A program made the position numbers and the translations under genes. Below, one piece after another: positions 1 to 13,200 of a stretch of DNA of 64,000 bases (within the stretch, counting starts at the first letter, position 1; each line of letters begins with the position of its first letter). The stretch comes from Octopus vulgaris. Taxonomy: Eukaryota. The DNA is taken from NCBI GenBank assembly GCA_951406725.2, contig OX597833.1:60574001-60638000 (forward strand), written 5' to 3'. Under the pieces are notes generated by a model. The model did no database searches and had not been told where the DNA came from. It saw only the letters and a program-made list of their open reading frames with translations.

Positions 1-930
1 CAAAACTGTTTTCATCAAATTTCTTGAGAATGAGAGCACATTGGTGGATGATATAGGAGAATTGGTCTTCAATAGAGCTGGTTTTACAAAAGCCATATTG
101 GTAGTTCTTAAGGAGAGAGACAGAGAGAGATAGAAATCAGATGATGGAGAAGGGTGTTGTAAAAGGTTAATGACATCATTGCCTTTGAGTTGATGGAAAT
201 GCATGCAATAGGACAATAGTTGGTAGAATCAAAGGTATTGTCCTTGTGTGAATGGTAAACAATGTAACATGTTACCAAAGAATGAGAGACAGAGAGAGAT
301 AGTGAAAGAGAGAGAGTAGAGAGATTAAAGAGTTGTTGAGGACAGGGGTTAACATAGGGGTGCATTAGGGTGAGATAATTTCAGGATTGGTGGCTTTATT
401 GGTTAGAAGCAATCAGAGGTTAGTTTCTACTTGGGGTGAATGTATATGCATGATGGTGAGTCCGGTGAAATGAAAGGGGATAGTTTTTGATAAGACTTAC
501 CTAGTGGGTGCAGCTGGAGTTTGATGCGATGTTTGCAGCAAATATGGGGAGTTTTATCTACAGGTGTACTACTCACAGAGCCATCTTGTTTGAGAAGGAA
601 AGGGAATTAGGAGTCCACAGAGTTGAAGATCTTTTTGGTAAGGAACCATTCTGGGTAACAAGCTGTGGCATATGAGGCATCCTTTACAGTTTTGATGAGT
701 CTAACAAAGTAGTGGCACTGGATGAAAGCCACCAGTTTGTAGGGTTCTGTGATTTTCATCCAACTTTGTAGGTGGTGTTCATTACCAAGAATTGCAACAA
801 CACAGTTATAAAAGAACCAAGAGGGGCTGTGAATTTTGATTGTAAGAAGGATATTGAAAGACTTGCTTAAGAGAAGGTTTTCATTCTTCCTGCTAGCTGT
901 TACTGATAGATCAAAGGTGAAGTACGTGAG
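1..930 (-). mobile_element. Decayed non-LTR (LINE) reverse transcriptase fragment
   Basis: Minus-strand remnants TNYCPIACISINSKAM (like NYRPISLLS..SK) and QYGFCKTSSIED (like QYGFR..RST.D), with frameshifts. Confidence 0.6.
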
Positions 931-937
931 GAAGTCA

Positions 938-1766
938 AAAATTATCCACACTTTCACCATAACATTATCGTTATTATTGTCACACTGCCTTCAGTGCACA
1001 TGTGTTTATACTTGGTACTATTGTGGTCATGTGATCCAAGTTTGAGCCTGATCATGCCATTTCTCTTTCTGGCTTTGCACCAAAGAACAAAGAGCAGTGG
1101 TCTGATTTCTCTGGTTGGAAGGTTGTGTCAGGTGCCGAAATTCATCAGAGGCTTTTAGCACAATGCAGGGACAGTGCACTACCGCGTAAAAGTGTGAATG
1201 AGTGGATCGAGATGTTTAAAAGTGGTCGGACAAGCATGATGACCATCAACCTCCACCACTGATGAGAAGATTCATAAAAGCTCGAGAGATGGCAATGGTG
1301 AACCATCTCTCAGATCATAGCTCTTTGTTCTGCTTTGGTGCACATTGCTAGTGGAGCAGTCATGTTTACATTGTAAAGCCAGAAAGAAAAACGGCTTGAC
1401 CAGGCTTAAATTTCAATCATATGACCACAATAGTACATATTTCTTTACTAACCACAAGGGGCTAAACACAGAGGGGACAAACAAGGACAGACAAACGGAT
1501 TAAGTCAATTACATCAACCCCAGTGCGTAACTGGTACTTAATTTATCGACCCTGAAAGGATGAAAGGCAAAGTCGACCTTGGCGGAATTTGAACTCAGAA
1601 CATAGCGGCAGACGAAATACCGCTAAGCATTTTGCCCAGCACTCTAACGTTTCTGTCAGCTCGCCGCCTTTAGTTGGTACCACAATAGTACCAACTATAA
1701 GCATGCATGCGCTGTAGGCAGTGTGACAACAATAAGGATATGTTAAGGTGAAAGTGCAGATAATTT
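938..1766. mobile_element. Old inverted-repeat element (arms ~938-1080 and ~1372-1766); right arm interrupted by a SINE-A copy
   Basis: aaattatc..actttcacc..gtcacactgcct..tggtactattgtggtcat recurs as its reverse complement. A central CACCA-CTGATGA...TGGTG remnant lies at ~1254-1300. Confidence 0.6.
1438..1670 (-). mobile_element. SINE family A monomer (~230 bp; A/B-box head AGGCGGCGAGCTGGCAGAAACG...GAGTTCAAATTCC; tail ...GTAAAGAAATA). Other monomers at 3068-3299(-), 7630-7860(-), 9602-9832(-), 41833-42064(-), 47343-47461(-, partial), 53308-53541(+), 63682-63914(-)
   Basis: Near-identical dispersed copies with TSDs, e.g. accacaatagtac here, tgttttggtgaagtatacc at 3049/3301 and tatgtacc at 63674/63917. 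Confidence 0.9.
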
Positions 1767-2285
1767 ATGATTTCCCCTCGTATATGTGTTTGCTAAGGAC
1801 AGTTAGCATGGAACTGACAGGGCTCCAATCAGTCAGCTAACTTGAAGTAATATAGGATCTGGGAGGTGAACAGATGTGATGGGTAGTTGTGGTAAGGATG
1901 ATTTGGTAAGTGTAGAGACATGGTGGTTTAGAAGAGCTGGGATTTGAATTATCTGTGTCAGTCAGAGATGTGGGGAGAAGGATAAAAGTAACTGATGCAG
2001 TGAGTTAAAGATTATGGAACAGAATGTTGTATACACTGGTGGTATCACTGTGGAAGAGGAGGAGTGTGGATGTTGAAATCAACAAAAGAGGAATGAAGTG
2101 AGAAGTCATTAATGCAGGAAGAGATACAGTCAGAGTTGTTGTTGTTGTTTGTGGTGGAGATTGGAAGAATTTGGAGACTGGAAGAGTTGTGTTTGGAGGA
2201 GGGGCAGAGGCAAAACTGGAAGTCTCTGTTAATTTATACCCAAGAGAGGTGAGTGGTAGGAAATCTATATGTATGCATGGATACC

Positions 2286-2757
2286 TATTTCTTTACTACC
2301 CACAAGGGGCCAAACACAGAGGGGACAAACAAGGACAGACAAATGGATTAAGTCGATTACATCGACCCCAGTGCGGAACTGGTACTTAATTTATCGACCC
2401 CGGTGGCACGTTAAAAGCACCAACTGATCGTGGCCGATACCAGACTCCCCTGGCACCTGTGCTGGTGGCACGTAAAAAGCACCCACTACACTCACGGAGT
2501 GGTTGGCGTTAGGAAGGGCATCCAGCTGTAGAAACACTGCCAGATCAGACTGGAGCCTGGTGCAGCCCCTGGCTTCCCAGACCCCGGTCGAACCGTGCTA
2601 GCGCGGAAAACGGACATTAAACGATGATGATGATGATGATGAAAAGATGAGAGGCAAAGTTGACCTCGGTGGAATTTGAACTCAGAACGTAATGGCAGAC
2701 GAAATACCGGTAAGTATTTCGTCCGGCGTGCTAACGTTTCTACTAGCTCGCCGCCTT
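2286..2757 (-). mobile_element. SINE-A copy split by a family C insertion (2401-2641, +)
   Basis: TSD tatgtatgcatggatacc flanks the whole. SINE-A sequence resumes at gaaaagatgagaggc after the (GAT)n tail of C. Confidence 0.9.
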
Positions 2758-3421
2758 ATGTATGCATGGATACCACCTCCTGAATATTTGAACCTGGTTA
2801 ACAGAGATGCACTGTGAATAAAGATCGAGAGATTTATGCCTTGGAGAACAATGTAAAGTTTGTATATCATTAACGAGTGGTGATATGTGGTAGGCCGGAT
2901 CAAAGTTCATAGATGTTAGACAAAAGGAAGGAGACTTGCCCAGTTTAGTTTTTGGCATCTATGCAAGTGTAGAGAAGTGTTGATGTGCCTCATGATATAC
3001 CAATACACTCTATATTTCCTCATTAAAGTTTTAATTTACTCACAGAATTGTTTTGGTGAAGTATACCTATTTCTTTACTACCCACAAAGGGCTAAACACA
3101 GAGAGGACAAACAAGGACAGACAAACGGATTAAGTCGATTACATCGACCCCAGTGCATAACTGGTACTTAAGTTATCGACCCCGAAAGGATGAAAGGCAA
3201 AGTCGACCTCGGCGGAATTTGAACTCAGAATGTAACGACAGACGAAATACCGCTAAGCATTTCGCCCGGCATGCTAACGACTCTGCCAGCTCGCCGCCTA
3301 TGTTTTGGTGAAGTATACCATTACCATCATGTTTGTGGTAAGACATCAGTGCAAATTATTCTAGCATGTACAACATGATAAAACGATGGTGATGATGATG
3401 AGTAAAGCTGAAGTAACTTAC

Positions 3422-3461
3422 CTTTGCCACTCTTGTTACAAACTGCTGCTGCTAAGAGAAC
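3422..3461 (-). CDS. ARCN1: Coatomer subunit delta (delta-COP), coding exon 2: VLLAAAVCNKSGK + 1 nt
   Basis: Minus strand reads ctttcttttttctctgcag|GTT CTC TTA GCA GCA GCA GTT TGT AAC AAG AGT GGC AAA G|gtaagt. Matches the conserved delta-COP N-terminus MVLLAAAVCTKAGKA. Downstream exons were not found in the window. Confidence 0.92.
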
Positions 3462-4087
3462 CTGCAGAGAAAAAAGAAAGTCTGTGTTAAAGTTCTGCTA
3501 AATCAAAAAACAAGTTGACAGTAGTTTTAGGTTCATCTGGGTGATTTCAATAGGATTCAACATGCACCTGGTACCCAGCACATCTATGCATGGTCAATTA
3601 GTATTGAATGATACTACACAGCTTACTACCTACTGTAACCAGTACTACTATACAAAGCTGACTACTTATAGTACCCAATACTACTATACACAACTGACCA
3701 TCTAATGCTCTGCATTACTATACATGACTGGTACTTAGTAACACTACATAGCTGACCTTTCTACTACACACAAATACCAAATACACTAGTATTACTGCAC
3801 AGTCTTCCTAACATTTGAACCTACCATTTTGGTGAAATCAGTGAAGAAAGTCCAGCGTTAAAAGTCCTTGGTGAGATGAAGGAAAAAGATCCACTGGACA
3901 TAGATCTCAGTCACATCAAAGCTATTGAGGTTCAATTCAAACTACTGTAGGTTAGTGTTTGCAGACAGATATATACAGGGGTGTTGAGGGTTATGGCTGA
4001 GAGGAGAAAGGATTGGGTGAAAACCCATACCAGCAGGGAAGATGGCAAATGGTGAGGATGATGATGATGATTTATTATGGTGTGTGT

Positions 4088-4510
4088 GACTTGACTTGAC
4101 AGCATTCACCCGGGGTGGTTTGAGCTAGCTTCATTCATCCTCAATGCTGCATCTCTCACAAATGCCGACCAGACCTGGCGATTTGAGGCTAATGACCACG
4201 TGATCTCCAACCACTCCTTATTCCAGTGGCGAACGCCATAAATATAGGGGCCTAGGTTGGTTTCCAGATCAGCCAGGTTTTTCATTGTCCACCACATTGC
4301 TTTCGCCAACCCTGAAGGGGAGCTGGGGCAATTGCTTCGTAGATGAATTCTCCTGGTTGAGGATGGAGGGCATGACCCAGCCAATGCAGACTTCTCGTTA
4401 GGATGACTTGTCGGAGGGAGGTGATTCTGCACTGGTGTTGCACCAAATTGTTGGAGACAAAGTGATGCCATCGGACACGAAGGATGTGGTGTAGACAGAG
4501 GTGATAGAAG
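4088..4510 (-). mobile_element. RTE-clade LINE 3' end with (CAAGT)n tail
   Basis: ORF remnant ending ...LASNRQVWSAFVRDA, followed on minus by gtcaagtcaagtc. Confidence 0.7.
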
Positions 4511-5512
4511 GATTCTGGTCGCTTAATAGAATCCTTCTAAGCGAAGGATTCGAAGTCTAGTGTGTGTGCGAGACAAACAGACAGTAGAGTTTTGTTTAGC
4601 TCCAGGTTTGCCCTAAGCATACAAACCTATGATTAAAGGCATTCCTGTCATGACCATCCTGTCATTATAGACATCATTTAACGTAGATTCCTTCCTTTTT
4701 TTAAAAGACAGTAGTGTGTGATTTGAGAGAAATTTGGTTGTTATTTCTAGCATGGCAGGAGACCACATAGTGAGTAGAAAAGGTGAGTGTACAAGGTAGG
4801 TCTGGCTTTATTGTAACACAGTCTGTTGGTTTAACAACACCAGAGACCGTTGTAGTAGTGGTAGAAAATGAAGATATGAGAGGACACAGCACCTTCTCCC
4901 CAGCTGACCACCACATAACAGTCTTTCCACCCCTACATAGATAAACCTAAGCTTTTATCCTTTGGCATTGATTTTCTCCTGCTCCCCTCACCCTAACCCC
5001 CCCACCATTACAATCTGTGTTCTTCCCATGTAACCCGGCAACTGTGGGTTATTGGCAAAGAGGAAGTGGGAGGAATGATCTAATCCACTTAAACTTCTTC
5101 CTTTATTCATCTGCTCCCCCCAATACTCTGTCAGATGTTTCCTTTCTGCTCCTCCTCCTCCTCCTCATTCTCAGACAGAAAAATGAATACCATCATCATC
5201 ATATGAGGCAATGTGGTCACTGAAACCCAAGAATAACAGCGATATTTACCTTCAAATAATCTATATTGTCCTAAAGATTATGTCTAAAGTTACACTCAAT
5301 AAAACAGTATTAAATACAAGATGCCTGAAAAAAAAAAGAAGAGATGGTCATGATTAGAATGTCAATGATTATACAAAGCTCCGCTCAATAAAGGCTCAGC
5401 TGGGGCTAAACAACATCAACAACAGGTCCACTGTACAGCTGGGTTTTTTTCTTTACAACTCCCCTTTAGTTATGTTCACTATCAGCTTCATGCCATTAAA
5501 GGGTAAATTTGT

Positions 5513-5835
5513 AGAGACCCTCCTTTGGTCATGAATGACCATGGGTTTGCACTTAGAAAGTTCCCCTCCGAAGCACAAGTCTGCTCAAGGTTACTTATGG
5601 AAGACCAGCAGTCACCCATGCATACCAACCTCCCATCTCCACATCACCAGTGTTATCCAAGGGAAAGGCAAAGAGGCCGATACAGCTTGGCACCAGTGAC
5701 ATTGAAACTCATTTCTACAGCTGAGTGAACTGGAGCAACGTGAAATAAAGTGCCCTGCTCAACAACACAATACACAGCCCAGTCTCACAACCTCATCATT
5801 GTGAGCCTGACATTCTAACGACTGAGCCATGCATA
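5513..5835 (-). mobile_element. SINE family D (tRNA-like head plus CORE-like CTTGAGCAAGACACTT segment). Other copies at 14503-14825(-), 39995-40321(+), 41279-41597(-); partial at ~21736-21900 and ~61781-61920
   Basis: Four ~320-bp homologous copies with A box TGGCTCAGTGG and B box GTTCGATTCC. Confidence 0.8.
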
Positions 5836-5855
5836 CCATTAAGGTGCCACTAAAC

Positions 5856-6495
5856 CAGTGGTTCTCAACCGGTGTCCACATGTCCTTCGGGGGTCCAAAT
5901 GAGATTTTGTTGTTAAAATATGTGTGCAATAAATTGGTTATACCTCTACAACACACAAAATATAAAAAAATTTTTTTATACAATAGGCGCGGGAGTGGCT
6001 GTGTAGTAAGTAGCTTGCTAACCAACCACATGGTTCCGGGTTCAGTCCCACTGCGTGGCATCTTGGGCAAGTGTCTTCTGCTATAGCCCTGGGCCGACCA
6101 ATGCCTTGTGAGTGGATTTGGTAGACGGAAACTGAAAGAAGCCTGTCGTATATATGTATATATATATATATGTGTGTGTGTATATGTTTGTGTGTCTGTC
6201 TTTGTCCTCCCATCATTGCTTGACAACCGATGCTGGTGTGTTTACGTCCCCATCACTTAGCGGTTTGGCAAAAAGAGACCGATAGAATAAGTACTGGGCT
6301 TACAAAGACTAAGCCCCGGGGTCAATTTGCTCGACTAAAGGCGGTGCTCCAGCATGGCCGCAGTCAAATGACTGAAACAAGTAAAAGAGAGTAATTCCTA
6401 GTAATATTTAATTATAAAAATATAATGGGGCTTTATTTTATATAAGTTGAATGGCTATGAAGGTCCAGTGGACATAAAATGGTTGAGAACCACTA
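5856..6495. mobile_element. hAT-type MITE containing a SINE-B insertion
   Basis: TIRs CAGTGGTTCTCAACC / GGTTGAGAACCACTA and an 8-bp TSD CACTAAAC (5848-5855, 6496-6503). A related element at 33044-33616 contains a family C copy. Confidence 0.85.
5985..6392 (+). mobile_element. SINE family B (~400 bp, internal (TA)/(TG) tract, tail GAAACAAGTAAAAGAGT). Others at 7065-7455(+), 54075-54424(-), 17449-17583 (5' part), 49792-49850 (tail only)
   Basis: Dispersed homologous copies with tRNA-like head GGCGCGGGAGTGGCTGTGTGGTAAG...GGTTCAGTCCC followed by CTTGGGCAAGTG. Confidence 0.85.
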
Positions 6496-8640
6496 CACTA
6501 AACCATCTCTGCCCCATACAAGAATTGTTAGGCCACCCTGTTAATTCCCACAGCTGACCACCAGTTCTACTGCAGTGACCTGCTATGTTGGTTAAGCCCT
6601 TTTGTTGTATTTCAAATGAAAAACATTACCTTTGTTCCAAATAATTTTTGAAATAATGTAGAATTTAGTAAAATAGCTGTCATAATTAAACTTGTGTTTA
6701 GGGAAAAAATTAACACAACATTTTGATGGAAGATTTTAATTCAGATCACTAGAAAACAAGAAGTTTATTATAAAACCAGAACCAGGGACCATCTCAGATG
6801 GATTGGTATCAAAGGAATTAAATAAATATTGGTTTCAAATTTTGGCACAAGGCCAGCAATTTCAGGGGAGGGTGTATGTCAGTTGCATTGACTCCAGTGT
6901 TCAACTGATACTTATTTTACTGACCCCAAGAGGACGAAAGGCAAAGTTGGCCTCGGCAGAATTTGAACTCAGAAAATAAAGATGAATGAAATGCTGCTAA
7001 ACATCTTGCCCAGTGTGCCAACGTTCCAGTTCGCCATCTTAGATTAATGAAACAGTAAAAATATAGGCGTAGGAGTGGCTGTGTGGTAAGTAGCTTGCTT
7101 ACAAACCACATGGTTCCAGGTTCAGTCCCAATGCGTGGCACTTTGGACAAGTGTCTTCTACTATAGCCTCGGGCCAACCAAAGCCTTGTGAGTGGATTTG
7201 GTAGACAGAAACCGAAAGAAGCCCGTCATATATATATATATGTGTATATATGTGTGTGTCTGTGTTTGTCCCCCACAACATCGCTTGACAACCGATGTGG
7301 TGTGTTTACGTCCCCATAACTTAGCAGTTCGGCAAAAGAGACCGATAGAATAAGTACTAGGCTTATAAAAAATAAGTCCTGGGGTCGATTTGCTCGACTA
7401 AAAGGCGGTGCTCCAGCATGGCCACAGTCAAGTGACTGAAACAAGTAAAAGAGTAACTGATGGAGGACATAATAAGAGTAGGGAGAAGCAGAAACCAAAC
7501 TGCACAGTGGGCCTACCTGAGCATTGGTGTTGATGTTATTTAGCCCCGGGTCTGTCTATCTCAGCCAGCTATCAATGGATCCCCCACCTGTGTGCTGACA
7601 CCATCCTGTTTTTAAGGTGTACTGCCATATATTTCTTTACTACCCACAAGGTGCTAAACATAGAGGGGACAAACAAGGACAGATAAAGGGATTAAGTCGA
7701 TTATATCGACCCCAGTGCGTAGCTGGTAGTTATTTAATCGACCTCGAAAGGATGAAAGGCAAAGTCGACCTTGGCGGAATTTGAACTCAGAACGTAATGG
7801 CAGACGAAATACAGCTACGCATTTCGCCCGGCGTGCTAACATGTCTGCCAGCTCGCCGCCATAGCTGCTTCAAAGGTTCGGGGTTTCAATTAAAACCCCT
7901 AGTTTGAAGGTACTTGGAAGATTACAGGTGGGCGAGGTGAGATTTGAGTAAAAGAAGTGACTTTAGAGAAACTCCTTCACTGTGTTGTATGGTCCCTATT
8001 TTAAAGAGAGTAAGGGGTTTGTGGGGGGAAGATCTGGCTGCTATATTGAATAACTCAACTTTCTAATAACTCCTTCACTAGCATTTGATTAGCTTATGAT
8101 AGTGGTGGTGGTGTGGATAATACTCAATACCAACACACCTAGTCAAGTCATACCAATTAGGTAGCCTCGACAGGATCATTAAGCCTGCTAGAAATAACAG
8201 CCAAACCTTCAAATTATATCTTTTCATAAATATAAATATTGGATAATGTAGTCATAGACATAACCCCAAAAAGCTGGGATGGTCATGACTGGAATATTTT
8301 TGATTATAGGTCAGCTGATTGGGGTTGACTCAGAGCTAAACATAATCGAGTTTACTTCAGCTGTTCTTAAATAGAGCTCTAAAGTACATCCACCAGCCTT
8401 CAGCTCACTCATCAGATGAACTAGAAGCAGAGGTAAAGGACCAATCAACCCTGTCCTAAAGTTACTGGTGCTGTGGAAGACTGTCCTGCTTCTAATAACA
8501 TGTAATTTCTCTATCCAGGTTGTAACATAAACATGTTGTCACTACAAGTTCTGACATATGTTATTCTCCTCCTCTGCCTCCGACACAACCAGTCATACAG
8601 CTTTAGTCTATTTATGGCACAGCTGTTGCTGTGTATGAGG

Positions 8641-8678
<38 letters not shown>

Positions 8679-10839
8679 AGACTAAATGTTATTCATTGCT
8701 CCATTGTATCAGGTAAGTATATGTATCTAACCCAGTTTTTTAAAATATTGATCTCACTAAAATGCCTGCCAACAGACATGGCTCTTTCAGTTTGAAATAG
8801 GGGTCAGTTTATAAAGTACAACAGAGGTCAGTTCAGATACTATAACTGTACTATAATAGGGGCCACTATACTATAAATACTATAAATACAATTATAGGGT
8901 CCACCTTAGAAACTTTCTTGGGTACTATTATAGGGTTCAATTTACTACAGAAGTATTATCAGAAGGTCTACTTTATATACTGTAATTATTTGTGTAGGGC
9001 TCACTTTAGGTATTATAGGAAAGAAGAGAGGACTGTGCTGACATCAAGGAAATAGCTGTGCTTGATATGCAGAAAAGGAGGAGGCAGAGATTGCATAGAG
9101 TGTACCCAAGGGTAAACTATGGATATACAAGAGTGTGGTGGTTTGGTGGATTAGACTAATGGAAAAGATAAGACTTTGTACGTGGCAGATGCAGAGAAGT
9201 GGTTGTTATAGATGAAGAAATAAAGAAATGAAAACAATGGTGTGTGTGTGTGTGTGCCAGTGATTGTAGTGTGTTGGTGTTGCCTGGAAGAAGAAAAACA
9301 AGAGTTTGATTTGAGACGGATTTAGAGAAACCTAAACAAGTGAAGGAGACAGGATGGAGAGAATAATCTGTGACACAGGAACGAAGTCTTAGACATGTGA
9401 AAACAAATGGAAATTAAGTTGTTGAAGGTCATAAGAGAGTGCTTCCAACTAGGTCACTGTGATCATCCACTAAGAACTGTTCAGCTAACAATGTAGTCTC
9501 TCTATATGGTTGCTCCAGCTGCTGGAAACAACAGCCAAATCTCCCTTAAGATAACATTAACATTAAAAAGCAAAATTTAAATTGGACATTTTGAATAATT
9601 GTTTCTTTATTACCCACAAGGGGCTAAACACAGAGGGGACAAACAAGGGCAGACAAACGGATTAAGTTGATTACATCGACCCCAGTGCGTAACTAGTACT
9701 TAATTTATCGACCCCAAAAGGATGAAAGGCAAAGTCGACCTCAGCAGAATTTGAACTCAGAATGCAACGGCAGACGAAATACAGCAACGCATTTCGCCCA
9801 GCGTGCTAATGGTTCTGCCAGCTCACTGCCTTAACCCTGATTACACTTATTCTGGAATAAGAGACAGTCACAGTTGGAATGTCTTTTGAGCAGAAAGATA
9901 GCCAGGGGTTAAACAATAACAACAACTCTAGCAGATGCCTGTGATAATAGCAGTACAAGGACATCCCAACATCAAGTTGTTGTATGTCCCAATAAATGAG
10001 AAAAAGCCTGACATTTAAGAGAGGTGTAGTTGGCCATATTGTGAATTGAACTAACAAACAAGGAAGAAGCACAGAACCAGGGACAGGGGACAGAAAATAG
10101 GATAAGTGAAAATTCAAATATCACTTATACCATGAAGGAATCCCCAGAGTGATGGACTTTAGCAAATGGGCATTATATCTCCTCCTGAATAGGCAATTAG
10201 TTTACTGTAGAGAATGCACCCATTGCTAATAGAAGGTGAAGTCAGTCAAACTTGGGTAATGGGTTTTGCTCAGAAACAACAAAATGCATGAAACAAAGTC
10301 AGGACCTAGGGATAATTAGTCCCTTAATTTATCCATCTGAGTATTCACTTGTGTTTGTGTGTGGGTGTGAGAGAGAGAGAGACAGAGGAATAATAAACAA
10401 AGCAGAAAAAGAGAACGGGAGACAACCTAAAGGAGACATAAGACCAAAGGGAGGAGACAAAATAAAGGGAACATAAAACCTAAGGTAGGAGAGAAAGGGT
10501 TAGACAGAATTATGTAGGTTGTCATTTAGTTTGTATTGTTGCATGTTCAGTCACTGACAAGAATGAAAATATGGGTAGTGAATGAGCTCCAAAGGGTTGT
10601 AGCTTCAGAAAATAAGGGTTAGATAGAAGTGTTTAATAAGGGATCTAAATTGAAAGTGATGTTAGTAAGGCAGCTACATTGAATGTATTTATATGATATA
10701 GGACATCTACTGCAATAGTGATAGTGGTAGCTGGATAGTACAAGTCTAAGTAATCTCCACCCATCCAGACACTTTCTGTATCCTGGTCAATGTTATTAGA
10801 GACACATATAGTCAGATTCAATTTCCAATCTACATCTAA

Positions 10840-11168
10840 CTGGCTTCCGTGCCGGTGGCATGTAAGAGGAACCATTCGAGCGGATCGTTACCAGCATTGC
10901 CTTACTGACACCTGTGCTGTTGGCATGTGTAAAAAGATTCGAGCAAGGTCATTGCCAGTACCGCCTGACTGGACCCTGTGCCGGTGGCACGTAAAAGCAC
11001 CCACTACACTCTCGAAGTGGTTGGCATTAGGAAGGGCATCCAGCTGTAGAAACTCTGCCAGATCAAGACTGGAGCCTGGTGCAGCCATCTGGTTCGCCAG
11101 CCCTCAGTCAAACCGTCCAATCCATGGTAGCATGGAAGCGGACGTTAAACGATGATGATGATGATGAT
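10840..11168 (+). mobile_element. Repeat family C (variable ~60-bp GTGCCGGTGGCACGTAAAA units, then GGTTGGCGTTAGGAAGGGCATCC, then (GAT)n tail). Others at 2401-2641, 15600-15825(-), 31883-32230(-), 33150-33490(-), 37340-37795, 42091-42310(-), 44655-44750, 45265-45540(-), 54450-54715, 56250-56707
   Basis: More than 10 homologous copies, mostly 5'-truncated, ending in (GAT)n, as expected for LINE-mobilised retroposons. Confidence 0.85.
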
Positions 11169-11274
11169 CTGCACCTAAATGCTAATGCACATGTGCAGCA
11201 TTATAAGAAATAATAGCACATATGAATAGAAAAACTGGTCATAGATTTATAAAAGTGAAACAAATACACTTTAA

Positions 11275-11495
11275 CCCTTTCGTTACTGTTTTTTTTTTTG
11301 AGATGCTCTGTGTTTCTTTCAATTACTTTAAATATAACAAAGAATTTTGTAAAATAACTTAGTTATCGTTAAGCTAGTGTTAGGAACATAAATTGTGACT
11401 AAGGTTTGGTGGAAGATTTTAATTCAAAACTTATGAAAACAAGACATTTGTACTCAGAGCCAGAGCCGGTTCCAGCCGGGTTGGTAACAAAAGGG
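11275..11495. mobile_element. piggyBac-type MITE (~220 bp). Others at 51430-51649 and 51681-51901 (tandem pair) and a decayed copy at ~6595-6818
   Basis: TTAA on both sides with CCCTTT.../...AAAGGG termini. Confidence 0.85.
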
Positions 11496-11929
11496 TTAAG
11501 AGCAATAGTTTTAAAATCCAGGAGATATCTTTTTGGCACTGAGCCCTCAACTTGTGAAGTTTGAGGAGAGCCTGTTTTACGTTCAGTCAAATAAACTGGA
11601 GCAAGCAGAGTTAGGTGTCTTATTCAGAGGCAGAACACAATGATCTGAAGTTAGGTTTGTACTATGGCCTCACGGCTATTGTCTCTCTCATCTCCCAAAC
11701 CCTGTAATAAAAATACATACTAAAACCTCCTACATGAAATTTTTATATTATAGAGAAATTAAAATAAACTTTAGATCATCAAGGATGGACCTTTGTTTTA
11801 TGTAACAAATAGAAACCACTTCAGCAAATTCAAATAGTGTCTTCAAGCTCAGATCAATAAAGTATTATTTTTTAAACATTGGCTCAGCTATTGAAATCGT
11901 GCACCAAAAAGCTTATATAAACAAGCTGT

Positions 11930-12510
11930 TACCTCAAAGCTTGGATAAGCAATGTATTGGCTGAATACTTGGAGTGATAAATTAGTAACTGAAAGTTTTG
12001 ATTGATAAGCTTGTACATCAAAGGCTGAACCAATAAACTATTACCTGATTACTTGGATCAACACATTATTGCCTGAAAGCTTGGATCAACAAGCTATTGC
12101 CTAAAAGACTGAATCAACAAGCTATTGCCTAAAAGCTTACGTCAACAGTTATTGCTTAAAAGCATGGATCAATGGGTTAGTGTTTAAAAGCTTGGCTCAA
12201 CAAGCTATTGCCTAAAAGTTTGGATCAATAAACTAATGCTTAAAAGCTTGGATCAACAAGCTAATTGCTTAAAAGCTTGGATCAACAGGTTACTGCCTAA
12301 AAGCTTGGATCAACAGGTTACTGCCTAAAAGCTTGGATCAACAGGTTACTGCCTAAAATCTTGGATCAACAGGTTACTGCCTAAAAGCTTGGATCAACAA
12401 GTTACTGCCTAAAAGCTTGGATCAACAGGTTACTGCCTAAAAGCTTGGATCAACAGGTTATTGTCATGAAGCTTGGATCAACAAGTTATTGACTCAAAGC
12501 TTAGATCAAC
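11930..12510. repeat. 29-bp minisatellite (AAAGCTTGGATCAACAGGTTACTGCCTAA), about 20 units
   Basis: Periodic AAGCTTGGATCAAC; near-perfect at 12270-12460 and decayed at the edges. Confidence 0.95.
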
Positions 12511-12904
12511 AGTTTATCTCAAAGCTGGCATAGTAGTTTAAGTATAAAGTTTTTAACATTAAGATCAAAATCAAAGGTAGTGAAGTGGCAAAAACAGTAG
12601 ACCTTTATGTTCAGAGTTCAAATCTCACCAAGGTTGACTTCACTTTTTATCCCATAGGGTTAGATACAATAAATACCAGACATATACTGGTATCCATTCA
12701 TTTGATTGGCTTGCTACCAACAGAAGTCAATATTCAAATTGAAGTCAAAGACTGGATATTTGTGAATGCTTTCTGGTAATTTCTTCCCTATTAATATCCA
12801 CTTTTTAAAAATAAATGACTTCTTTCTGGATCATAAAGAAGTGAGTTCAGTCTCAGCTGATTCATGATAGTTTGTCTTATGATTTATTTACATACACTGC
12901 AATT

Positions 12905-13200
12905 TATCATGTTGTTCCTTCTCGAGCCATGCCTGGCTCATAAGGGCCAGTTTCCTGGTTTCTTTGGCGTATAGGTTCCCCACCTGGACGGGATGCCGGT
13001 GAGCTGCAGGATGCAGGAGGAAAGAGTGAGAGAATGTTGTGGCGAAAGAGTCAGCAGAAGTCCCGCCATTACCTTCTGCCGGAGCCGCATGGAGCTTAGG
13101 TGCTTCGCTCATAAACACACACATCGCCCGGTCTGAGATTCGAACCCGTGATCCCTCGACCGCGAGTCCGCTGCTCTAACCACTAGGCCATGTGCCCCCA
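12905..13200 (-). mobile_element. SINE family E (tRNA-derived head GGCC(C/T)AGTGGTTAG..GACTCGCGGTCG..GTTCGA). Others at 21463-21600(-), 56815-57105(+), 61391-61770(+; TSD atatctatgag)
   Basis: Shared head and body with different 3' tails. Confidence 0.8.

Noticed and set aside
8385-8420. Minus-strand CTGATGA...GAAG as a hammerhead
   Set aside because: No GAAA, no credible stems II and III, and no repeat context.
10131-10184. Possible 54-nt minus-strand exon in ARCN1 intron 1 (attcag|GAGGAGATATAA...CATG|gtataa)
   Set aside because: Weak donor and pyrimidine tract, an immediate in-frame stop and no delta-COP similarity. Only RNA-seq could rescue it as a poison exon.
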